A stretch of DNA of 51,289 nt, filler included, from Stramenopiles sp. TOSAG23-6 (lineage: Eukaryota), in the NCBI GenBank assembly GCA_900128565.1. It is 2 parts of 2 records of this genome, joined end to end, with 100 filler letters (N's around TTAATTAATTAA, not from the genome) between each part and the next. Parts side by side here need not be neighbours in the genome. Positions count along the whole stretch, not along the records: positions 25,723 to 51,289 come from LT635995.1; 1 more part is not named here. One strand, 5' to 3'. Under the pieces are notes generated by a model, which had not been told where the DNA came from, ran no database searches, and was given only the letters and a program-made list of their open reading frames with translations. The position numbers were made by a program, and so were the translations under genes. Every line of letters begins with the position of its first letter. Position 1 is the stretch's first letter. This document shows, piece by piece, positions 28,749 to 37,975 of this stretch.

Positions 28749-28964
28749 CTTTATAGTATAAGTATCAACAAACAAAAAAAACATATCCTTTCTCTCTTTT
28801 GAAAAGTAACCGACGGATCAAAAAATCGATTTTTCGTGTTTTTGTTGCCAGCATCGGCATCAATCCATCACGTGATCTTAGCTAGATCAGATTCTTTGCT
28901 GCTATATATATGCTTGCTTAGCAAGCATGACTTGAACCAAACGGTTATCTTTGTATATTGCTGA

Positions 28965-29826
28965 ATGATATTTCAAGGATTTGGTCGTCGACGCCTTTTT
29001 CACATTCTTTTCACAGCATTGAGTTCAGTGGTTATACTGATTTTCTTTGTGAGGGAACCAACTATAGAAACTTTACTTTATAAATCGCGTGAACTTCAGG
29101 GAGCTATGGCTGAAATAACTGAAGATGACAGTTATTGGAAAGCAACCGAGGAAATCATGAGCGCCCTCAAAACACAGGAAGCATTCTCTTATGGCGAAGG
29201 ATTGAATATGCTTGAGCATGCGCTTCAAGCTGCATTCAAGGCTAAACAAGCAGGAGAACCTAATGACGTTCAACTTGCATGCCTATGCCACGATGTTGGA
29301 AATTCACCACAAGCAAGAGCACATTGGGTTCATATAGGTAACGATGAACCTGAGTTGATAATTTCTAAAGCTGATACCTCTATTGGCTATCAAAATCATG
29401 ATATAATCGGAGGCTCATACTTAGCATCGCTAGGGTTTTCGATAGAAGTGTCTGGTGTACGTTTTCAAAATTGCCTTAATTTTTTTTTATACGAATTTTA
29501 AACTTAACAAAACATTTGACTTAAAATATTTTTTTACAATACCTGCGGCTAAGTTACACGTAGAAGCTAAAAGAGCACTTGTATTCATTGATAAGTCTTA
29601 TATGAAAAAACTCTCTCAAGCAAGCAAAGATACACTTATTGCGCAGGGAGGTCCCCTTAATTCAAATGAACTAGATGAATTTCTCAAAATGCCTGGAGCT
29701 AAAGTAGCTTTACGATTGAGGAAGTATGACGATCAAGGCAAAGATATAAATGGAGTTTCTATGAATTCTCTTGTATCTTTTAAGCAAAATATTTACGATC
29801 ATTTACGAAATCAAAGGACCAGTTGA
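28965..29826 (+). CDS. PhnZ/TmpB-like HD-domain diiron oxygenase or phosphohydrolase with an N-terminal membrane anchor (exons 28965-29456, 29545-29826; 257 aa)
   Basis: Motifs YGEGLNMLEHALQAA, CLCHDVG, NHDIIGG, LHVEAKR, LSQASKDTLIAQGGP and ALRLRKYDDQGK. Confidence 0.82.
29457..29544 (+). other. Family intron 3 (88 nt, GT...CT)
   Basis: GGT|GTACGTTTTC...AAACTTAAC...TTTTACAATACCT|GCG gives GFSIEVSGAAKLHVEAKR, with PhnZ-like spacing. An in-frame AG 9 nt later would shorten the helix by 3 aa. Confidence 0.7.
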
Positions 29827-29961
29827 AGAATGTTTTTTCTATATTTATTAATAAAACATATGAATTCCAAAATTTCTAAAAACGGCAACCTTAACCCTAA
29901 CCCTAACAATGTCCTACCATTTTTTGTTCGTCATTTTATTGCTATGTGCTACCTTCCCATA

Positions 29962-30039
29962 TAATATACAAATATATCATAATGTACCCTTCAGTGTGTA
30001 ATATACAAATATATCATAATGCACCCTTCAGTGTGTAAT
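29962..30039. repeat. 37-bp tandem duplication overlapping the transporter stop codon
   Basis: TAATATACAAATATATCATAATGyACCCTTCAGTGTG occurs twice, at 29962 and 29999. Confidence 0.9.
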
Positions 30040-31741
30040 AAGCCCCGACAATGCCGGAAAATGATCCAAAAAAGAGAACAAGTGCTGCAAAAATGAATTT
30101 TAAGGAGATGAAGTTTTCCTTTGGGTCGTAAAGTTTTAGATATGTGGCGGTGGGAAAGACAAAGGCTATGAAAGTACTACCTATTCCCCCAGTAAGTTGT
30201 AAAACTAATCCGAGTCCCTGACCATTACCTCCCATTTGAAGTGCTAAAATTGCAGTAGTTAAAGAACAGCCAAACATACACTGTGACGAGATAATTTTTA
30301 GATTTTTTTTGTTAGGTACAAAATTTTCATACAAAAAAACAATTGAAATGAATAATGAACACAAACATTATCGTGGTGAATAGTAGGTGCTGAAATAAAG
30401 GAAGATTTGAAGAATCAATCTTTTCATTTGCATCATGTATTGTGAAAAAATATTTTTTCTTTTTTTTGGACAAAAATCGTTAAGTACGGAATTTCGTATG
30501 AAAAACAAATGATAAAAAATTCAACTTTGAAAACTTACATTATTACTATTATTTGACACAATTCCATCGTGAAGCAGTTGTTGTGTAGGTAGATTATCAC
30601 ATGCAAAATTTTGATGACAGAATCGTTTCCATATCGTATAAACAGTATGTCTAATTACGAAAAAATCCAAAGGAAACGTTAGAAACATTGTCGAGGAAAG
30701 AACAAGTCTAGTACAATTTGCCAAAATATCATGATTGCCCAAATTATCAAGAATATTAGGCAATGCTTTATAACCAAATGCAAAGAAACCAAACACTCCA
30801 AGTAATGCAGAAGCTAAGAATGCACCACTTACCCCACCCAGAGACACACATGCCCATCGTTGAGGTGTTGGATTTTTAAGTGTATTGAAGACAAAGAAAG
30901 AATATTGTTGACAACCGAAAGCAAAGGCAATAGTACCAATTGCAGGAAGCCATTGGTCAGATATTGAAAAAAGGATATTTGGATTTTGTTGTAAGGCTGA
31001 TTTTCCAGATAAATTTAGATCTATGAAATTGTACACAATAGCTGTAGTCATAGTTAAGACGGCAACTAAAGACAAAAACGACCATTTTTCTAAATGTGAG
31101 ACGTCGCATGTATTGCGAAAAAATAAGTCAATTTTTTTTCGTTAGGTACGAAATTTTCTATAAAAAAATAAATGTAGATAAAAATTCAATTATGAAAACA
31201 TACGATACAGACAAAGAGGTAAAAGAATTAGTACAGTGAGCAGTACAGTCAAGACGACTTTGTCACCTAGTGGCTCAAATACCGAAGCAATTCCCCAATG
31301 TTGTAGTACACGGGGGACTGTTTCAGCAATGATTAGAATATAGGCGACACAAGCACCAAAAGAATTTGCAATTTGAAACACTGAAAGAGAGTAAAATCCG
31401 AGAGTCCCAAAAGCTGCTTCACACAACCCTTCATATGTCGAAACACCATTTACCCGACCAAGTTGTATCATCAATGTAACAGTATAATGTGTTAGAATTG
31501 CAACAAGTAATAATAAACTAGTGCCAAGAGCAAAACCGGCCTGTGACATTGCAAAAGGAAGACCGATAATACCAGCTCCGACTATGCCATTTGCAAGGTT
31601 AAATGTAGTTCCTGGTAAACCACTCATTTGCTCCTTCATTTCACAAACTCTAGAGCTCGCAATTGCTGGTGGGGTAGTCGCTTGCCGAGCAGTTGGATCT
31701 GCAACTTGTTCATATTGATGAGGGGTCATTGAAGAATGCAC
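30014..31741 (-). CDS. Amino acid transporter, Aa_trans / SLC38-like (exons 31741-31204, 31107-30539, 30434-30367, 30275-30014; 478 aa)
   Basis: Motifs FNLANGIVGAGIIGLPFAM, YEGLCEAAFG, LPLCLYRDVSHL, IAFAFGCQ, FLTFPLDFFVIR and LVLQLTGGIGSTFIAFVFP, plus multiple TM helices. Confidence 0.9.
30276..30366 (-). other. GT-AT family intron 4 (91 nt)
   Basis: AT|GTTTGTG...TTTTGTACCTAAC...GTCACAGTGTAT|G gives TIMFGCS. An alternative canonical GT..CAG pairing is also in frame. Confidence 0.65.
30435..30538 (-). other. GT-AT family intron 5 (104 nt)
   Basis: AAT|GTAAGTTTTC...CCGTACTTAAC...TTTTCACAATACAT|GAT opens a 68-nt exon (DANEKIDSSNLPLFQHLLFTTI). Confidence 0.85.
31108..31203 (-). other. GT-AT family intron 6 (96 nt)
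   Basis: TAT C|GTATGTTTTC...TTTCGTACCTAAC...TTCGCAATACAT|GC GAC restores PLCLY-R-DVSHL. Shifting both ends 2 nt upstream creates TAA. Confidence 0.9.
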
Positions 31742-32021
31742 TTATAAAAGAACAAGTCGAAGAGCAGATTTACTTAATACTAGTATACTTCGGAGAGGAG
31801 CAACGGAAGCAACTTCTCAAACTTGTCTTCTTTGACTTCTAAAAAGCAGCTGAGCGTTATAAATTCGGAAATTGGAAATATATTTTCATACAAAAAATTG
31901 GTACAGACTATAATATACAGACAGAAAGATTTTTTTGACCTCGACTGGACAACAGGAGGGAAAAGAGAAGAAGTGTCGGATATTTGTGTGCCTCGGAAAC
32001 GGGTGTTTGGATTTCTTCAAG

Positions 32022-34236
32022 ATGCGGCCAATTGTAGTGTTATTTTTGTACCTGACCACTGCTATTACTGCTGAAATAATAGTTACACCGAAAGTTGATG
32101 AAAAAACTAAATTAGCTGAAAAATCTGAAGTACTTCACGCGAATACAGAAATTTCCATTGACCCAATGCGTAACGACAACCCAAAAAGCGCTCGCTACGC
32201 TTATGCCACAATTCACTACGAAGGTACGAATGCCGATGACTTTTACTTGCTAGGTGTTCGCACTATGCATCAGAGTATTAAGCGGAGTGGCACGAAATAT
32301 CCTTTTGTAGTTTTGGTTTCCCCTGAAGTTCGTCAATCAACCCGCGACACCTTGATTAGTGACGGAGCAATTCTTAAGGATGTGGAAAATGTTTTTAATC
32401 CTTTTACCGGGCATGTCAAAAAGCATTTTACAAAGACACTCAATAAAATTCATTTGTGGGGTATGACTGAGTATGACAGAGTTGTTTACCTTGATGCTGA
32501 TAATATTGTTTTGGAAAACGCTGACGAATTGTTTCAATGTGGTCACTTCTGTGCTGTGTACATGAACCCTATTAACTTTCATACTGGTCTTCTTGTACTA
32601 AAGCCAGATAAAACTATACTTACTCAAATGTTAGATGACCTTAGACGACCTTCAACGGCTTCATATGATGGGGCAGACCAAGGTTTTTTGTCACATTTTT
32701 TTGGTTTCAAACAAATGCAGGAGTCGCCTGTCTTTGTCCCGATGGACGTACAGCCAATCGCGGCGAAGTCGTTATCTGAGGGGCCATCTAGCGATCTTGT
32801 ACTATCCGAAGCAGCGATCATCATGGATTCAAACTTTGTCAGTCCGAGATATGAAGCCCCACGTATGCGTCTTCCTCCTTGGTACAACCTTAATTCTTTT
32901 TGGTTCTACGAAAAAGGCCACTGGGGACATTGGAAAAATCCGGAAAGTGGTCGCTTTTATCAAAAAACAATTCCAGGCTTAACACTTTGTTGGCCTGTGC
33001 CTTCTTTTCTCAAGCCATGGTTTTGGAGTTCTCATATTTTTATGGATCATTTGTGGGATTTATGGAATGATGTTCGTATGAAAATAGATCATCCTTATAA
33101 TACTTTTTCGTTTCTATTTTCGTGCGGTTTTAGTGTTTTCGTATACATCGCTGTAGATGTAGTGATTCGAGTTTTGGCTTACAACCGCCAAGAAAATAAT
33201 GTCGAATATTTTAACCTCCCCGTAACCGACTTAAAAGGTTCTTCATCATCTCTAAGCAGCAGACGGCGTAAGTTATCGCACGAACTTAAAGATATGAAAT
33301 CGAAACGTAGGAAGAGACTTGGGCTGGTGGAGAGAGTTTCGAAGACATGTGGTATGCATCCTGCTCTGCATAATCTTTTTTTGAATGCTGTGCCAACCGT
33401 TGTTCTGACTTTTGTTGGCGCACTTTTTCTTACAAATGCGTTAATATCGCCAATAGCACCTCCACAACTAGCATGGCCTCTTTGGATATTTATCGATTCC
33501 GCCTGTTTTTGTAGTGTTGTAAATATTTGCAGGTACAAACTTCATGTACGTTTTCATCATTCATTTTTTATGTACTTTATTTTTTTGTACCAAATTTTGT
33601 ACCTAACAAACAATTAAAAGTATTTGGCGTATTTTTTTTCAATACATGGAACTGTAAATGCTTCAATATTTCGTTCATTTGCGATGTTAATTCCTGACAT
33701 ATTGATACATGGGGTATATTGGTTTATTTCATACACACAATGTACATTTTCATCATTAACTTTAAAAGTTTGTTTTTCGTTAAAAAAAAACAATTTTCCC
33801 TAACAAAAAAATGTTTTCTAACAAAAAAAAAATATTTTTCACATGAAAGGGTATCCTAGAATGACAGTTCATTTTACAAAACTTGCTTTATTATGTGTAT
33901 GGGTAAATGTTCTCCTTGGTGCCAGAGTAGTACGTTTTCAAATTTATTTTATTTTTCCTTTTTGTTTTTCATACGGAATGTAGTACTTAACAAAAAAACG
34001 AATTAGCATATTTTTTCTAAATACATGTCACATTTTTTTCCGTGGTGTCGGTCGATCGAAAAGTTATTAAATCTCGAAAGAGAACAACGTCTGGGACAAG
34101 TCCCTTAGATTTACAACTTACACATGAAAGAACGAGTAGTAATAGACTTTCCTCGTCTAGATTGAGGAATTTATTATCTCAGGGGGAGGATAGTGGCTCT
34201 GGAACGCTCAAGGTGACTAGACAACAATCTGGGTAA
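32022..34236 (+). CDS. Glycosyltransferase family 8 (glycogenin-like, resembling plant PGSIP7/8) with a signal peptide and C-terminal TM helices (exons 32022-33545, 33648-33741, 33850-33929, 34027-34236; 635 aa)
   Basis: Motifs AYATIHY, TLNKIHLW, YDRVVYLDAD (DxD), DELFQCGHFCAVYMNPINFHTGLLVLKP, YDGADQGFL and KPWFW. Confidence 0.85.
33546..33647 (+). other. GT-AT family intron 7 (102 nt)
   Basis: CAT|GTACGTTTTC...TTTTGTACCTAAC...TTTTCAATACAT|GGA. An in-frame AG at 33620 is a canonical alternative. Confidence 0.7.
33742..33849 (+). other. Family intron 8 (108 nt), ending in AG at the family position
   Basis: T|GTACATTTTC...CCCTAAC...ATATTTTTCACATGAAAG|GG gives TQWYPRM. Using the internal CAT as acceptor would give TGA. 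Confidence 0.75.
33930..34026 (+). other. GT-AT family intron 9 (97 nt)
   Basis: GTA|GTACGTTTTC...GTACTTAAC...TTTTCTAAATACAT|GTC is in frame with ORF 34042-34236. Confidence 0.82.
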
Positions 34237-34361
34237 AGAAAATATTTTACATACAGAGAAAACGTACTTAAAATAAATGATTTACAAAAATACATTTTTC
34301 TGACGCTGTTTGATTGTATTAATAGTGTTATACTGTTCTTTTATTAATATATAATAACCTG

Positions 34362-34863
34362 TCAAGATGTTTTGATGAAAAGAAGATGAAGAGATACGGC
34401 TATACAACCAAATGCTATGACAGGACTACAACGCTCTCCAACTCTCGCAGCTTTCCAAAATATTCCCATGGGGCCTGTGCGATTGTCATCAAGGAGAGAT
34501 GGCCGAATTGTGTGTATGAAAGTACACATGCATATAAAAAGTAAAAGTATTGTAAGGGTCCCTGCGAAATCAAAAATTGCTGACTATGCCGTGTGAAAGA
34601 TTAAAAGTGCCAAAAATAAATACAATGAACACTTTACAAAGAAATATGTTGGGTGATAATACAAAGATGTCATCAAAACTAGTTTCATTCAAAAGTCGTG
34701 AACGAACATGCCACTCACATGTGTCAAACGCAGTGAGGAGTTGAGCGTTTTCAGCCATTGAAAAAATAAGTGAGTGAATAGTTTCAAACAGTGGACTCTA
34801 CCGATGAAAACTATACCATTTCATAATGTCTCAGTACTTTATTTTTGAAGCTAAACTTACCAT
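34362..34863 (-). CDS. TMEM167: Protein kish (exons 34863-34861 = ATG only, 34583-34362; 74 aa); absent from the ORF track
   Basis: M|SAIFDFAGTLTILLLFICMCTFIHTIRPSLLDDNRTGPMGIFWKAARVGERCSPVIAFGCIAVSLHLLFIKTS matches kish/TMEM167 (SAIFNF...LLLICTC...GIFWKCARIGERxSP). Confidence 0.9.
34584..34860 (-). other. Canonical GT-AG spliceosomal intron (277 nt) directly after the kish start codon
   Basis: ATG|GTAAGT...GGCATAG|TCA GCA. It lacks the family GTACCTAAC block and is far longer than the family introns. Confidence 0.82.
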
Positions 34864-35198
34864 ATTCAATTTATGTACAATTTGTTAATTCGAATACACA
34901 AGAGAATTTTTTGCCCGTTATCAGTTCTTCTTTTACAATAGTAGCTATACCTGTTGTTTCGCGTCTTGGATCTAACTCAAGACTCAAGAGTCAAGACATC
35001 AGTCAATAATTCCGATAATTCAATCTTTAGGTTAGGGTTAGGGTTTAGCTGAAAATTTAAACTGGAAAAGTTTCGTTCCACTGTTATGTTTTTAAACTAA
35101 ACGGTATCAATAGTACCTGTATCATCCTCCTGATATAAAGAAATTTTCTATTGTATTTATTGTCCAACTAGTGTGCAGAAAGGCAAACTATATATGAA

Positions 35199-35990
35199 AT
35201 GGACGATTTCGATTATGATTTGTACCAAGCTCAGCGAAATATTGAATATTGCTATCCAGAAAGCTTTCTTCAAAGTTTGGCAACAAGAGTGACGAATACC
35301 ACTTATCGGCAGCTTTCATTAAAAGAGTGTAGCGAAGCAAATTATTTTACACGATGCGTTTATTTTTCAATGATGGTTGTAGTGACTACTGTAATTGCAT
35401 GTCAAGTATTCATATTATTAATAGTTTTCGCTGGATATAGGATATTTCCGGTAAAACTTTGGAAAATACAAAGTACTAAAGAAAAAAAGAGCAAACTTTC
35501 AATAAGATCTTCTAAATGGGCAAAAGCAAGCACTGAAGAAAAAAAGAGCAAAGTTCTGCATCACGTTAACCCTGGGAAACTTAAGCGAAGACAAGTTGAA
35601 CAAAAGAAGGAAATGGCAAAAGCAAGCACTGAAGAAAAAAAGAGCAAAGTTCTGCATCACGTTAAACCTGGGAAACTTAAGCGAAGACAAGTTGAACAAA
35701 AGAAGGAAATGGCTACCACCGGAGAAGGAAAAAGAGTTATATCCACGGGTGGTAAAAGATTTATATCTCATGAAACTACAACAATTTCCCGTTCACGCCA
35801 GCCAAGATCTAATACTGAACAAAAAAAGGAAATGGCTACCACCGGAGAAGGAAAAAGAGTTATATCCACGGGTGGTAAAAGATTTATATCTCATGAAACT
35901 ATAACAATTTCCCGTTCACGCCAGCCAAGATCTAATACTGCTAACAAAACAGAGCCTACAAAATTAAGGAGAGCAAGACATTACCTCTAA
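35199..35990 (+). CDS. Orphan single-TM protein with a Lys-rich, tandemly duplicated tail
   Basis: 263-aa ORF with a hydrophobic segment (MMVVVTTVIACQVFILLIVFAGY). Its 32-aa and 41-aa in-frame duplications both preserve the frame. Confidence 0.65.
   Translation: MDDFDYDLYQAQRNIEYCYPESFLQSLATRVTNTTYRQLSLKECSEANYFTRCVYFSMMVVVTTVIACQVFILLIVFAGYRIFPVKLWKIQSTKEKKSKLSIRSSKWAKASTEEKKSKVLHHVNPGKLKRRQVEQKKEMAKASTEEKKSKVLHHVKPGKLKRRQVEQKKEMATTGEGKRVISTGGKRFISHETTTISRSRQPRSNTEQKKEMATTGEGKRVISTGGKRFISHETITISRSRQPRSNTANKTEPTKLRRARHYL
35519..35940 (+). repeat. Two consecutive near-perfect tandem duplications (96-bp and 123-bp periods)
   Basis: Units start at 35519/35615 and at 35694/35817. Confidence 0.92.
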
Positions 35991-36088
35991 ATAAACTAAT
36001 AAAATTCATTGAAAAACAGAAATTTATTGAAATACAAACTTTGAAGACAAAACTCAGGGGTAGATAATACAGATGTAATGGCCTCATT

Positions 36089-37503
36089 TCAGTTGTCCAG
36101 CTTTCTCTTGTATATCGCTTTTTGTTCTCTTACAGTTTTGAGGATTGCATTATCTCTTTTCACTGGTACCAGTGTCAAATACTTCTCAATTTCATTTTTG
36201 GTGAGTACGGAATGAGTTGATGTTGCTGTTTCTTTTTGTGCAACTGGTTCTCCCTCATTCTCAGTAGGAAGATAAAACATGGAAGCCCATCTCAAATATG
36301 GATCTCCTGATCTTTGTCCAACACGTCGTAGTGGATGCATCAAATTTGTCATTGCATTTAAAAAAATGTCTCCAAGAAGTGCGGTTTTTACACCTTCCAA
36401 TTGCTCTTGATTAGAAATTGTTGATTTAGTATTAAAAATACCTGACTTTGACTTAAATGATTTTTCTATCCATGTTTTAAACGTTGTTGGTGTAAACCCT
36501 TTAAATACCCACTGGATTTGCCGTGGTCCATACTTTTTTACTTCAGATTGTTCGATATAGTTTAGGCATTCTAATATAGTCACTCCAAATGTCCACCAAT
36601 CCCAACCGTGCGCATATGCTAAATTTTTTTTTGACTCATTGTACAGTTTCTTGAAGAATGTATTGTGAAACAATATTCTAAAATTTGATGCTTATGTTAG
36701 GTACAAAATTTGGTACAAAAAAATAAATTCAGTTTTGAAAACGTACAGTGTGATTTCGATTTATCCGATTTGTTACGTAGATTTTCATAAGCTATTACAC
36801 CTTCAGGTGGTAGCATATGAAAAGTACCTTTAGGTTCTAAAATATATTTAGACGTTTGCGAGAATAACTCAAAATCAATTAAAAAGGCTCTTTTATGATC
36901 TTTGCTCAGTACAACATTCTCTGGCTTTAAATCACGTACGGTTATGCCAATATAATGTAAACATTTGACTGCTATCGCAATTTGTGGTAATATGTTGAAG
37001 ATAATATTTTCAATATCCCTCGAGGAAGAAGTAATATACGTAAATAAATCACCCCCTGAATGATATTCAGTGAACATAATTGGTGTTGTTTTGCCCTTAG
37101 CTGCATAGCTATAATCTTCCTCAGGTGTTGTGGCAAGTCGAACTACATGAGGACACTTTTCAGCTTCACGCAACAGCGCGATCTCTTTCAACATCTTTAT
37201 GACTCTATCAAGCCTACGTTCCTCTGTATCACCAGACCTAAAAATAATTTGTTTCATTGCTACATATTTTGATTCAGTTTTGTCATACATAAGATCAACT
37301 GTGCCATGCGAACCTTTCATGATGTGTTTTACATGGGTCACATCCAAACCTAATCGTCGTCCGTGAATGTATTTTCGATTGTATTTTTCGTCGGTCAGTT
37401 TGTTTAGCCCTTTAATGAAAGTAAATCTTTTATCAAAATCTATATGACCATGTACACAACATGCCATGCCAAAGGTAAATAAAAGTAAAATACCCGGAAT
37501 CAT
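36089..37503 (-). CDS. Divergent Ser/Thr protein kinase with a predicted signal peptide (exons 37503-36747, 36657-36089; 441 aa)
   Basis: Motifs KGSHGTV, VAMK, EYHSGGDLF, VRDLKPENV, IDFE, GTFHMLPPE and DWWTFG. N-terminus MIPGILLLFTFGMACCVHG. Confidence 0.85.
36658..36746 (-). other. GT-AT family intron 10 (89 nt)
   Basis: CAC T|GTACGTTTTC...TTTTGTACCTAAC...TTTCACAATACAT|TC joins kinase subdomains VIII and IX in frame. Confidence 0.85.
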
Positions 37504-37975
37504 TGGTAAGAATACCTTTGAGGAACAGGATGCACTATCTTTAAATTGTTTCAGCTATTTGTACGTACTAGAAATCGACTAGAAAAAGAGATTTATTGAA
37601 TCAACCGATTGAGTGGTCGAGAAGACTTAGTGCTGACTTTTTTTCCGGCTTTTTCTTGTTTTATGCAACAATAGCAGCTTTGTTCCAATATCATTTCTTC
37701 TTCTTTCTGGCCACAATGTCATCATATACACAGTTTGTTCTTGTATGCTTTCCAAGCTTAGAACAGATGGCGAATTTCCACCCGATATACTTTTTGTTTC
37801 AAAATGTGCAGGTGCTGAACTTCGTGAACTTCATACCTCGAATCTTTGAGGAACAATCGTACTATCCTCATTTTTTTTCGTCCGGATTGTGTTACTAAAA
37901 CCTCCATGATTTCGTGCGTATATTCTATGTTGTAATAATTTCCTTTCATTTTTGACCCAAATTCATCTTTTGGTA

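Noticed and set aside
37596-37949. Short ORFs between the kinase and ankyrin genes
   Set aside because: No recognisable motif or family intron links them to a neighbour. Coding status cannot be supported, though a 3' extension of the ankyrin gene is not excluded.
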